Assembly (NCBI GenBank): GCA_049599475.1
Contig: JBMYOQ010000069.1
Span: 1 to 22,411, forward strand
Length of the DNA: 22,411 nt
From: Opitutales bacterium
Lineage (GTDB): Bacteria > Verrucomicrobiota > Verrucomicrobiia > Opitutales > JABSRG01
Direction of reading: 5' to 3'
This document shows, one piece after another, positions 8,882-18,701 of the stretch. Position numbers and translations under genes: made by a program. The notes beneath the pieces are model-generated. The model worked only from the letters and a program-made list of their open reading frames with translations, did not search any database and had not been told where the DNA came from. Position 1 is the first letter of the stretch; each line of letters begins with the position of its first letter.

Positions 8882-10096
8882 TTAGCAGCAGGCAGTCTCT
8901 GCAGACTGTGACGTGGGGTTCGCTAGCATCGAAAAGGCATCTCCGGAATGATGTACCCATTTTCCTTTTACAAAGGCGTGCCGCACTTTGGGAAGACCAT
9001 TGGCAAATTCTACGAGTAGCATGTCAGCCACTTTACCCGGTGCGATGCTTCCGGTTTCTCCATCGATACCGACTGCGATTGCGGGATTGAGGCTGGCCAT
9101 CGCGACCGACTCGGGCAGATTGCGCACGCCACTTTGCCACAGCTTGAACACTGCGTGTATCATCGAGGGTGGATAATAATCGGAGCAGAAGCCATCCAAG
9201 GCGCCCTCCGCAACCGCATCGACCATGGCCAGGTTTCCGGTGAGCGAGCCCCCGCGCAAGAAATTGGTCGAACCTCCGAGCACGTGCATGCCGAGCGATT
9301 TTGCTTCCTTCGCAGCTTCTAAGGTAATGGGGAATTCCGAAATAGAGACACCGAGATCATGCATATCCGCCACTTTGGCGAGGGTATCGTCATCATGCGA
9401 TGCTGTGCAGACGCCCTTCGATCGCGCAAATTCAGCCAATTCCTTGAGCTCGGCTTGCGAGACCTTCTGCACATCGTTGCGCTTCTTAAATTCTTCTAGG
9501 GCCTGCTCCTCAGTGAGCCCCTTCTTCATTTCATCCTTCAGGAAACGCTCGCGACTGTATTGGCCCTGCCCGGGAGTGTGATCCATGAAGGAGAGTAAAT
9601 CGATCACGCGCTCATCAATGAGTTTGCGTAAGACGTCCACACATTCCACACCCGTGATCTCAAAACGCAGATGAAGCTTGGTATTGGCCTGAGAGCGCGT
9701 CTTACCGAACTCCGCAACCATACGGAAAAAATCTTCACGCGAGTCGGCGCTGCCCATCCCGCGCTTGTCATCGTGGTAACCCAAGTAGGTGCTGTGAAAC
9801 ACAGTCGTGATCCCGCAAGCCAGCATCTTTTGATCGAGCTCCTGCAAAGCCATCTCTGCCGGAAAATCCGCCGAAGGACGCGGAGCGATTTCTTTTTCAA
9901 TCGCATCGGTATGCATGTCCACCAGGCCTGGGATCAAATACATCCCCTGCGCATCCAAGACCGTTACCGCCGCGTCGGCGCTGACATCCGCTCCCACCTG
10001 AGAGATCTTTCCCGACTCGACGAAAACAGAACCTCCAGAGATCACATCATCGGCCAGAACCACAGTGGCATTCTTAATCAAAAATCGTTCGCTCAT
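8882..10096 (-). CDS. phnM: Alpha-D-ribose 1-methylphosphonate 5-triphosphate diphosphatase (amidohydrolase fold)
   Basis: 'PGLVDMHTDAIEKEIAPRP', 'GITTVFH', 'LHLRFEI', 'SFMDHTPGQGQY', 'ASHDDDT', 'SEFP', 'RGGS..GN', 'SDYYPPS'. Probable ATG at 10096; the ORF-track extension runs through a repeat. Confidence 0.93.
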   Translation of the reverse strand: MSERFLIKNATVVLADDVISGGSVFVESGKISQVGADVSADAAVTVLDAQGMYLIPGLVDMHTDAIEKEIAPRPSADFPAEMALQELDQKMLACGITTVFHSTYLGYHDDKRGMGSADSREDFFRMVAEFGKTRSQANTKLHLRFEITGVECVDVLRKLIDERVIDLLSFMDHTPGQGQYSRERFLKDEMKKGLTEEQALEEFKKRNDVQKVSQAELKELAEFARSKGVCTASHDDDTLAKVADMHDLGVSISEFPITLEAAKEAKSLGMHVLGGSTNFLRGGSLTGNLAMVDAVAEGALDGFCSDYYPPSMIHAVFKLWQSGVRNLPESVAMASLNPAIAVGIDGETGSIAPGKVADMLLVEFANGLPKVRHAFVKGKWVHHSGDAFSMLANPTSQSAETACC

Positions 10097-10165
10097 CTTC
10101 GGTGGAGGGTAACGAAAAGCCGTTAAGGAAACATAAAGGCGATGCGGCCAAAGTTCAGGGGAGAC

Positions 10166-10250
10166 TAACCACGAAGGGCACGATGGGCACGAAGCTATGA
10201 TGCGTTGACCCAACCTCAACCTTCGTGTCCTTCGCGTTCTTCGTGGTTAA
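10166..10250. repeat. 9-bp-periodic inverted repeat element (CACGAAG type)
   Basis: Arms taaccacgaagggcacgatgggcacgaag (10166-10194) and cttcgtgtccttcgcgttcttcgtggttaa (10221-10250). Confidence 0.85.
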
Positions 10251-10253
10251 AGC

Positions 10254-12113
10254 CTATGCAACCGGTTCCGATTCAGAGAACGATACGAACTGCTTGTAGA
10301 GATCGAAATAATGCCCTTCGTTTTCTAGGAGCTCTAGGTGGGAGCCTGATTCTACGAGGCGGCCTTGGCTGAGGACGAAGATTTTGTCGGCCTTGCTGAT
10401 GGTGCTGAGGCGGTGGGCGATGACAATGCTGGTGCGGCCCTGTAGCAAGCGCTCGAGGGCTGTCTGCAGGCGACTTTCGGTGATGGTGTCGATGGCGCTA
10501 GTGGCTTCGTCCAAAATCAAAATGCGTGGATCGGCCAACATCGCTCGTGTGAAGCAAATGAGCTGACGCTGTCCTTGGCTAACGCTTTTTCCTAGCTCGC
10601 CGACTTCAGTCTCGAGCCCATCGGGCATGTTTTCCAAAAGGTCTAGACAGTCGAGGCTCTGTGCCGCGGCGCGGATCTCTTCATCGGTTGCATCGGGCTT
10701 TCCCATGCGGATATTTTCGTAGACCGTGCCGCTGAACAAAAAGTTGCTCTGTAACACGATGCCGAGCTGGCGTCGTACCGAAGCCGTATCCATGCGACCG
10801 ATGTCTTTCCCGTCGATCAAAATTGCGCCGCTTTTCGGCAAGTAAAACTTGGATACAAGATTGATGATCGTACTTTTCCCACTTCCCGTATGTCCGACGA
10901 GGGCTGCTGTCTGACCTGGAAGAATATCGATACTGAGATCATGCAAGACCGGGGTATTTTCAACGTACTCGAAGCTTACATTCTGCAAGGTAACATGCCC
11001 TGCTACGTCGCCAATTTCTGGCGATTTCTCAGCATCTTCCCAAGAAGGCTTTGTATCCAAAATGTTGAACAAACGCTCAGCACCTGCCATTGAAACCACC
11101 GCGACCGTGTAGATGCGGGCCAAATTTTGAATCGGTGTAAAAAAGAAATTTGCGAGGAAAAAGAAGGTCAATACGTCCCCCACTTGCATTCTTTCCCAAC
11201 CGGCAATGACGCCGTATCCACCCACCGCGAGAAGGAGCGCCAAGAATGCCTGCCCATTAAATTCGAGCAAGGGCACGAACAATGCATTCTGAAAACCGAG
11301 GTTTACATTATTCTCCGAGTTTTCCTCGACCAACTTGTTAAATCCATCGTAACTACGATCCTCCTGCGTGTAGCTTTGAATCACCTGCATGCCTTTAACC
11401 GTCTCTGCGACATTGCCCGTGATCCGGCTTTGGCTGCGCTGGGCTAAGCGGGAGTATTTACTAATGCGCTTGTGGAAAAAGCGGTTGATGAAGGCCAATA
11501 CGGGCGCAATTAGGACGAGCAGGAGGAATAGCTGAGGGCTGACCCAGAGCATCGCAAAGCCCGACCAAAACATCATCCCCAGCAGAAGGAGTCCAAAGAA
11601 GAACACATTTTGTATCCCCCGGCGCACCGTTTCCATATCGGAAATAACCCGAGATAAAATGCTGCCGAGCTTGGTCTTGTTATAAAAATCCATGTTCAGG
11701 GTCTGCAAGTGCTCGTAGAGCTCCTTGCGCAGATCCCTCACCACAAACTCCCCCATCTCCAAGGCGTGCCGCTGACGCAGGTGTTGGGTGAATTCGGTAA
11801 GCAGGGCTAAGACGGCGTATCCCAGCGTGCCCCACATGGTCAGGGTATAATCTCCCCGCGTAATGAAATCGGAAATAATCCAGCCGAGCAGCAAAGCATT
11901 TGCAGGACGCAAGAAGGCCCGGCAAGCGGTCATGCAAAAGACTAAATTTCGCTTTCCCGCATAAGGCCCCATGTAACTGAAGATGCGCCGCAGGATTTTA
12001 AAATCCAAAGGGCTCTCTTGCTTCTCTTCTTCATCAGCCCGCCCTTTGTTGTCGCCAGATGCTCCGCTCGACATCACTCCGGATGCGGCGGCCATGCCTC
12101 CGCCCCCGATCAT
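10254..12113 (-). CDS. ABC exporter half-transporter (TMD+NBD), second subunit of a heterodimer
   Basis: Multi-TM N-terminus; Walker A GHTGSGKS, degenerate signature VSQGQ, Walker B ILILDE, AHRLST. Start overlaps the partner's stop. Confidence 0.92.
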   Translation of the reverse strand: MIGGGGMAAASGVMSSGASGDNKGRADEEEKQESPLDFKILRRIFSYMGPYAGKRNLVFCMTACRAFLRPANALLLGWIISDFITRGDYTLTMWGTLGYAVLALLTEFTQHLRQRHALEMGEFVVRDLRKELYEHLQTLNMDFYNKTKLGSILSRVISDMETVRRGIQNVFFFGLLLLGMMFWSGFAMLWVSPQLFLLLVLIAPVLAFINRFFHKRISKYSRLAQRSQSRITGNVAETVKGMQVIQSYTQEDRSYDGFNKLVEENSENNVNLGFQNALFVPLLEFNGQAFLALLLAVGGYGVIAGWERMQVGDVLTFFFLANFFFTPIQNLARIYTVAVVSMAGAERLFNILDTKPSWEDAEKSPEIGDVAGHVTLQNVSFEYVENTPVLHDLSIDILPGQTAALVGHTGSGKSTIINLVSKFYLPKSGAILIDGKDIGRMDTASVRRQLGIVLQSNFLFSGTVYENIRMGKPDATDEEIRAAAQSLDCLDLLENMPDGLETEVGELGKSVSQGQRQLICFTRAMLADPRILILDEATSAIDTITESRLQTALERLLQGRTSIVIAHRLSTISKADKIFVLSQGRLVESGSHLELLENEGHYFDLYKQFVSFSESEPVA

Positions 12114-14029
12114 AGCGAACCTCCCTGACTATTCTGTTGTGCTATCTTATTCAAAGCGTCGCGGCTTTCTGAATCGATCATTTGAATGGCGGCTGCTCGG
12201 GCATATTCGCCCCTTTGTGCAATCAAAGACTCGTGAGTGCCACTTTCGACGATGCCCCCATTTCTCAAGACGATGATTTGGTCTGCGCGTTTCAAAGTGC
12301 TCAGACGATGGGCCACAATGAAGGTCGTCCGAGATTCGATCACCCGGTTGATTGCGGTCAGAATTTCGTCCTCAGTCTCGGGGTCGATCGCACTGGTCGG
12401 ATCGTCCAATACCAAGATTTTTGGATCGGTCATCAAGGCCCGAGCTAAGGCGATACGTTGACGCTGACCGCCCGACAAATTCACGCCGCTTTCTTCGACA
12501 ATCGTTTGATAACCGGCATCCATCGTTTCGATAAACTCGTGTGCAGCCGCCTGTTTCGAAGCATGCAGCATTTGCTCAGCCGTCGCGCCCTCATGGCCAA
12601 ATTTGATATTCCCCTCAATGGTGTCGCTAAAGAGAAGAGGCTCTTGGAAAACAACGCCCACCGCCTGCCTCAGCTCGACGAGGTCTAAGTCTCTCAAGTC
12701 CTTGCCATCGAGCAAAATGCGCCCTTCATCCGGATCGTAGAAGCGTGGCAACAGGCTCAGGAGCGCGGTCTTGCCACTCCCGGTCTCCCCGACGATGGCG
12801 ACGGTCTGTCCTGGCTCCACAGCAATGGAAATATTTTGCAAAGTGGAGCGCTGACTCGAAAAGCTAAACGACACATCCTCATAACGTATCGAGCCTTTCA
12901 CACGCCCCGATACGGGCTCGGCGCCATCGCGGGAAAAAATAGCCGATGGGCGATCCAAGACTTCGAACACCCTCTCCGCCGCAGAAAAACTATCCTGCAC
13001 GGTGTTGGCCACATTGGTCAAAGTGCCGACCTGATTTTGTAGTTGCTGAAGTAATACTGCGAAAACAAACAAGCCCGCCCCCACATCTAGCTGTCCATCA
13101 ATCGCCATTTTCCCGCCCACCAAAAGCAGCACGATGATGTTGATGTGGGTAAACAGGTGGACCACCGGCTGGAAAATACTGAAGGACAAAAAGATATTTT
13201 TCTGCTGATCCACGACACGATCGTTGCGCCCCTTGAACTGCTCGCGCATCTCGGGTTCTCGCGAAAAGCCAAAAATCGACTGCACCCCGCGCACGCTTTC
13301 CGCGAAGAATAGGATCATGTGATCAAAAGCCTTTTTGCGCTCTAGGTACTGCGGACGAATCACTTTCGAAAAAATGAGCGAAACCGCCACCATAAGCGGC
13401 AGAGTCGCAAGGCAGACAACCGTCAGGAAAGGACTGATCTGCGCCATGAATCCGATGTAAATCGCGACCGTCAGAATCAAGATAACGGTATCGATAATGA
13501 TCGTTTCCGCAAACAAGCGAATCGCAGTGATATCGCCCGTGACACGGTTGATGAGCCCGCCAGAGGTTTGGGTATCGAAGTAGCCGAAGTGTAGCTGCTG
13601 GAGTTTCTGGAAAACCTGCCGGCGAATCTTCGGCACGACGTATTCATGGATCAAAATCGCGCTATCCCGCGTCGCCCACCACATCAGCAGCGACCGGAGG
13701 AAGGCTGCCAACAAAGCCGCTCCCACAGCGAAGGCCAGCACCGCTCCCGCGCTCCAAGCTTCCGGTGGCACCCAAGCCAGGGGCCAATTCGCAACGCCCT
13801 CGGCCTCGGTAAAGGTAAACTTCAAAAAATCGACGCCAGCCCCGATAAACGAAAGCCCCACCAACTGCATGCCCAAGAGGACCATTTGCAGGATCAGAAT
13901 ACGCACCACCCGCCCCTTCTGCTCCGCACACAGAGCCAAAAGGCGCCTCAAAATCTTCCAATTATCAGCCTTCTCAGTCGGAGCCTCCTCGAACGCGGCA
14001 GTTGCAGGTGCAGGTGTCATAAAACCCAC
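12110..14029 (-). CDS. ABC exporter half-transporter (TMD+NBD), first subunit of a heterodimer
   Basis: Walker A GETGSGKT, signature LSGGQ, non-canonical Walker B ILVLDD: an asymmetric TM287/288-like pair. Alternative ATG at 14020. Confidence 0.92.
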   Translation of the reverse strand: MGFMTPAPATAAFEEAPTEKADNWKILRRLLALCAEQKGRVVRILILQMVLLGMQLVGLSFIGAGVDFLKFTFTEAEGVANWPLAWVPPEAWSAGAVLAFAVGAALLAAFLRSLLMWWATRDSAILIHEYVVPKIRRQVFQKLQQLHFGYFDTQTSGGLINRVTGDITAIRLFAETIIIDTVILILTVAIYIGFMAQISPFLTVVCLATLPLMVAVSLIFSKVIRPQYLERKKAFDHMILFFAESVRGVQSIFGFSREPEMREQFKGRNDRVVDQQKNIFLSFSIFQPVVHLFTHINIIVLLLVGGKMAIDGQLDVGAGLFVFAVLLQQLQNQVGTLTNVANTVQDSFSAAERVFEVLDRPSAIFSRDGAEPVSGRVKGSIRYEDVSFSFSSQRSTLQNISIAVEPGQTVAIVGETGSGKTALLSLLPRFYDPDEGRILLDGKDLRDLDLVELRQAVGVVFQEPLLFSDTIEGNIKFGHEGATAEQMLHASKQAAAHEFIETMDAGYQTIVEESGVNLSGGQRQRIALARALMTDPKILVLDDPTSAIDPETEDEILTAINRVIESRTTFIVAHRLSTLKRADQIIVLRNGGIVESGTHESLIAQRGEYARAAAIQMIDSESRDALNKIAQQNSQGGSL

Positions 14030-14319
14030 GAGGGAAACACGCGAATGTTAAGCCGCGTTAAACTGTCAGGAGGAATCCTTATCGTTTGGGACGAGACAAC
14101 AAGAAGGGATTCTTCCATCCAACCCGATCAATCCACCCTCGACTCAGAGTGATACTGGCAATTACTAGGCCACATGGCCCCTTTCAACCGCTCTTTTTAC
14201 CGCCCTCGTCTGAGGCTCTTCAAAGTTGACACCCCAAGGCCTACAATGGACGCTCCACCTTTGCGCAAATGGAGGAATTCAACAGGAGGATGCCTGTCTC
14301 GAAGTCCAACATCGACCCT

Positions 14320-15492
14320 ATGGAAAATAAATCGAAAACAATCGTCGTTAAAATCGGATCCAGTCTCTTGGTAGACGAAGACTCCGGAAAGCTCAGGATG
14401 GATTTTCTCTATCACTTGATGAACGACATCGGGGAACTACAAAACAAAGGGCACAAATTAGTCATCGTCTCATCGGGGTCCGTAGCCCTGGGCCGGCGCT
14501 ACATGTCAAAAACGCATGGAAAGTCTTTAACCCTGCCGGAAAAACAGGCCGCAGCGGCACTCGGACAGCCAGCCCTTATGGCATCCTATCAGCACTTTGC
14601 TTCTGAACACGAGCTGCGCACCGCTCAGGTTTTGATGACCAGTCGCGACTTCGATGATCGGCGCAGATTTTTAAATGCGGAAGACACGCTGGAAGAGCTG
14701 CTGAAGCAAGGGCTCATCCCCGTCGTGAATGAAAACGACACGGTAGCTACGATGCACCTCAAGGTGGGTGACAACGACCGCCTTTCTGCTAAAGTAGCGC
14801 ATTTGGTAGAGGCCGATGATTTAGTGATTTTGACGGACGTAGATGGCCTCTGAGACGCGGACAAAAAGATCGTCGAACATGTAGACGTGCTGGACGAGTC
14901 AGTCTTTGCCCTAGCGGGCGGCGCCACCGGTAGCGGCACAGGCGGCATGACGACAAAGCTCAAGGCTGCGGAGATGGCCCTTGCAGCAGGGTGTACGACA
15001 CACATAACAAGCGGGCATGGAGAAAGCCCTATCAGCGATGCCCTTGAGGGCAAAAGGCTTCACACAACCATTGCCTCGAATACAAACCCGCAAAACGCGC
15101 GCTTACTCTGGATATCCACAAGTATCGACATACTGGGTACGCTCTATATTGAGGAAGAGCAAATAGACTCTATCTTGGGTAAGCGCAGTATTTTCCCAGA
15201 AGACATTGTTAAATGCGAAGGCGAGTTCAATCGTGGAGACATCGTTTCCATCATTTCGAACGGGCGTGAATGTGCTCGTGGTATCATTTCTTTCAACACA
15301 AAAGAAGTCCACGCATTGATTGAGCAACGGTCACCTGACATCTTTTCGGTGCTAGGCTACAAAACGCGACGCGATTTCGTTTTCAAGTCGGATCTGGCCC
15401 CTACCGCAGTCCAAGCCACCGACGAAGAGATTTCCGAACAGCTCACGCAACCCCCTACGAATCTCCAGTCTCCGCATCATCAGACCAAGTAG
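14320..15492 (+). pseudogene. proB: Glutamate 5-kinase with PUA domain, interrupted by an in-frame TGA (14851-14853)
   Basis: 'IVVKIGSS', 'VSSGSVALG', 'KQAAAALGQ', 'PVVNENDTV', 'GDNDRLSA', 'LTDVDGL*'. The same frame resumes 'DADKKIVEHV...GTGGMTTKLKAA' and then the PUA segment 'GEFNRGDIV'. Confidence 0.9.
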
Positions 15493-16855
15493 CGAGCTCC
15501 TCTTCACTGGCCACTGGGGAAAACCAACCTAGAAGGGCATAAGCAATGCCAATGCAAGGCGCAAGCCAGCAAGCGAAGGCGAGCGGAATGTAGAGCAGGT
15601 TTGAGAGGTCACCCTCAGCGACACTTAGACCCAGGGCCGAAATGACGAAAGCACCGCCCGCATTCCAAGGAATTAAGGGAGACATCAAGGTGCCTCCTTC
15701 CTCGATACCTCGCGACAAATTCAAGGGGGAATACCGTAGCTTACGGTAAAGCGGGACGAATAAACGCCCGGGTAAGGCAATGGAAAGATACGGATCTCCG
15801 GCGACGAGATTCGTCGCAAAGGCAGTCCCGATTGCCGCAGTTTGAGTGCCCTTAAAACTTTTCACTTTCGACCCGATCGCAGCAATGATGCTCTTCAAGC
15901 ATCCAGTCTTTTCCAGAGCGCCTCCAAAGCCGAGGGCGATCAAAATGAGGGAGATCGTCCACATCATGGATTGAATGCCGCCGCGGTTCAGAAGACCGTC
16001 TATCTGAGGTACGCCCGTTTCGATCGCATAACCGTTGTTCGCAAACTGAAAAAGCGCCTGCACTTTTTGCCCCTGGGCAACTATCGCAGTAAAGCCTCCG
16101 ACCAAGACCCCGAAGAAGAGCACTGGCAAAGGCGGACATTTTTTCAAAGCCAAAACGAGAACCAACACGGCTGGAAGCAAGAGCCACAGAGAAATCGAAA
16201 AATGCTTATCCAGAGCTTCGGTGATCAATTCAATTTTTTCAAGAGAAGACTCCCCTGAAGGCGCTAGGACAAAGCCCGCGACCAAGTAGATGCCCAAGGC
16301 AATCAACATAGCCGGGAGCGTCGTAGGCATCATATTTTTTATATGAGAAAAAACGTCTGTCCCCGTCACTGCTGGCGCAAGGTTGGTCGTATCCGAAAGA
16401 GGCGAGACTTTATCCCCAAAGAATGCCCCCGATACAATCGCACCAGCGGTCCAGTAAATGGGTATCTCAAAACCCGCGCCAATTCCAACGAGCGCTAGAC
16501 CGACGGTTCCCACCGTTCCCCAAGAAGTCCCTAGTGAGACAGACACCACCGAACAAATCACCATGGCGGCCGCGAGAAAAATTTCGGGCGACAGCACCTT
16601 CAGACCAAAATAAATAATGCTCGGGACCGTCCCACAGGCGATCCAGACCCCAATGATCATACCGACTACGATCAGGACCGAGACAGAAGGCAGCGCAACA
16701 TGGATTACATGAAAGATGCCTTTCTCAATATCCTTCCATCCCATGCCCTGAGACACGCCCACCAGGCTGGTGATCGCCAATCCCAGAAAGAGCGGTATGT
16801 GCGGCTCGAAGACTCCGAAATAGAAAATCTGCAAACCCAGCAAAAAGAGGGTCAA
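15455..16855 (-). CDS. nhaC: NhaC family Na+/H+ antiporter or amino-acid transporter (5' end possibly frameshifted)
   Basis: 'GTSWGTVGTVG', 'GAIVSGAFFGDKVSPLSDTTNLA', 'LLNRGGIQSM', 'PLIPWN'; many TM helices. Confidence 0.9.
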   Translation of the reverse strand: MTLFLLGLQIFYFGVFEPHIPLFLGLAITSLVGVSQGMGWKDIEKGIFHVIHVALPSVSVLIVVGMIIGVWIACGTVPSIIYFGLKVLSPEIFLAAAMVICSVVSVSLGTSWGTVGTVGLALVGIGAGFEIPIYWTAGAIVSGAFFGDKVSPLSDTTNLAPAVTGTDVFSHIKNMMPTTLPAMLIALGIYLVAGFVLAPSGESSLEKIELITEALDKHFSISLWLLLPAVLVLVLALKKCPPLPVLFFGVLVGGFTAIVAQGQKVQALFQFANNGYAIETGVPQIDGLLNRGGIQSMMWTISLILIALGFGGALEKTGCLKSIIAAIGSKVKSFKGTQTAAIGTAFATNLVAGDPYLSIALPGRLFVPLYRKLRYSPLNLSRGIEEGGTLMSPLIPWNAGGAFVISALGLSVAEGDLSNLLYIPLAFACWLAPCIGIAYALLGWFSPVASEEELATWSDDAETGDS

Positions 16856-17237
16856 GACGATCGGGGTAAGGACGGGGTCGGTTCGTTATCAGAAGACATT
16901 GAGCAAGTTTAGATTTTAGCCCACGGCATCGTCCCTATAAGCGAGAAGCAACCTTTAAGTCTGAGGGTAACGGTTGGGCCTGCCCCCATTGTGGGACAGG
17001 CTCATGAGAGGCAAAAACGGAAGCTGATTCGGCTGAGAGTCAACGCTTGGGAGTCTTGAGTTCGAAATGCTAAACGACGAAGCACAGGAATGATACTCAG
17101 GTTTCGCCTCCTTCAAACCGCCGAGCACCTCGTGCACCCCGGCTACCCCATTTACAAAAAGTGTCAGGATCGGAAAGATCCTTCGTATCTCCGGTTGTGT
17201 AACTCCTGAACAGGAAAAGAACTCCAACCCTAAAAAT

Positions 17238-18443
17238 ATGAAGTATCGTCTCCCCCCTCGAACTGCCTTCTCAAAGGTTGTTAACCTATTATCTCTCATC
17301 CCAGCTCTGCTTTTCGCAGATGATTCGCTTTACGATGTCCCAGAGCCCATAATCACAGAAGGCGAACCAGGCGTCGTTTCCTTGATTCAGCCAAACTCAT
17401 TTGAAGGCTGGGTTGTTCCGACCTTATCTGATCTTTGGACTATCGAGGACGGAGTCATCGCCGGGGATACCGGAGCAACCGGCCCCGATGAGCCGGAATT
17501 CATTTTCACAGAGGATAGCTACACCGACTATATATTCACGGCAGAGCTAAAGGTCGGAGCCAGTGAAACGGGGAAATCCAAAGCTCCCAACTCCGGCCTA
17601 TTCCATCGCGCCACGCCGTTTTTGTATAACGGACAATACACTGCACCGGGTGGTTATGAATACGACTTCATGTCTGACCTCGATAACTCGAACAATGGGT
17701 CCATTGGCAATTGGTATGCGCGTAATGATCTACGCATCCCCCCACATACCAGCTTGCATGGAATCATGAACGTGGATGACTGGAACCGCATCACCATTCG
17801 AATGATAGGAAACACCATGGAATACTGGATGAATGGCGTAAAAATCCAGCATTACATCGAAGTGGAGATGCCCACCTACGCCTTGTCTGGACCGATTGCC
17901 CTCCAGTTGCACAACAACCGGAAAATGAGAATCGAAATGCGCAACGCCAGGATCCTACCCATCGTCGAATATCATGGCTTTGGCGTTAATAGCGGTTCAG
18001 AGGTCGATTTGGATGAATACTATCTAGCTGATTTCGGCGCCAATAAAGGTAATATGATTAGCCGCAACCGATCGATAGATGTATCTCTCCCAGGTGTAGA
18101 CGCCGCGCCCGAAGCACTCTACCAAACCGCAAGAATCAGTAGAAAATTCACCTATACATTTGGGGATCTTAAAACAGACACCGCATACAACGTGCTTTTA
18201 CATTTCGTCGAATATAAGAATTACGTGATCGGCGAACGCCAATTCAATGTTGAGATTAACGACACACCGGTGCTCGTTAATTACGACATTCTGGCCGAAA
18301 CAGGCGGGCAACGATTCAAAGCGGTCACGGAAGCATTCGAATTTACTACGGATTCAACAGGCAGTGTTAAAATCGAGTTTCTCAAAGGTGCCGCCGACAA
18401 GCCTCAAGTGTCAGGCATCGAGATATTCGAAGTCGTGGAATAG
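17238..18443 (+). CDS. Secreted DUF1080 (3-keto-disaccharide hydrolase-like) domain plus C-terminal malectin domain
   Basis: Signal-like N-terminus. DUF1080 motifs 'FEGW...WTIEDGVI...NSGLF...WNRITI...GPIALQLH'. Malectin motifs 'LYQTAR...YNVLLHFVE...GERQFNV...DILAETGG...VSGIEI'. Confidence 0.85.
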   Translation: MKYRLPPRTAFSKVVNLLSLIPALLFADDSLYDVPEPIITEGEPGVVSLIQPNSFEGWVVPTLSDLWTIEDGVIAGDTGATGPDEPEFIFTEDSYTDYIFTAELKVGASETGKSKAPNSGLFHRATPFLYNGQYTAPGGYEYDFMSDLDNSNNGSIGNWYARNDLRIPPHTSLHGIMNVDDWNRITIRMIGNTMEYWMNGVKIQHYIEVEMPTYALSGPIALQLHNNRKMRIEMRNARILPIVEYHGFGVNSGSEVDLDEYYLADFGANKGNMISRNRSIDVSLPGVDAAPEALYQTARISRKFTYTFGDLKTDTAYNVLLHFVEYKNYVIGERQFNVEINDTPVLVNYDILAETGGQRFKAVTEAFEFTTDSTGSVKIEFLKGAADKPQVSGIEIFEVVE

Positions 18444-18516
18444 CAAAAGATAGCGCCTCGAACACAGGCGCCAATCCCATGCGCCACAAGTTCTATCCGC
18501 ATTTAACCTAAATACC

Positions 18517-18552
18517 GTAGGCTATCGCACCCTCAGCGATAGCCTACTTTTT
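18517..18552 (+). terminator. Rho-independent terminator / GTAG-type palindrome
   Basis: Perfect 12-bp stem gtaggctatcgc-(7 nt)-gcgatagcctac followed by TTTTT, downstream of the DUF1080 gene. Confidence 0.7.
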
Positions 18553-18701
18553 CGTAATTATAATATTGATACAACTGTAAAACATCCTGCATCCTCTTTA
18601 TCTCTGCGCGAACATGAATTTTGAAAGCTGATTAGAGATCTGCATCAAGCAAATGCATTGAAAGCTCGTATTCGGTCTATGAACTTTAAAAAGATCGATT
18701 G

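Noticed and set aside
14040..14070. Pho box upstream of the ABC/phnM cluster (also TTAA repeats at 6114-6139)
   Set aside because: The TTAA(C) repeats are spaced 10 or 12 bp rather than the 11-bp PhoB period; too weak to call.
14851..14853. Alternative genetic code or selenocysteine recoding (and pyrrolysine for the TAG at 2652)
   Set aside because: TGA and TAG end intact genes in this window, the ProB position is not a Cys site, and I recognised no SECIS hairpin.
5485..16912. Numerous short antisense or alternate-frame ORFs inside phnM, the ABC genes, glpQ, proB and nhaC
   Set aside because: Shadow ORFs overlapping well-supported genes, with no motifs of their own.
16900..17237. Riboswitch or T-box leader upstream of nhaC
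   Set aside because: Some hairpins are present (for example about 16976-17003), but I recognised no SAM, lysine, glycine or T-box consensus. An Rfam scan is needed.
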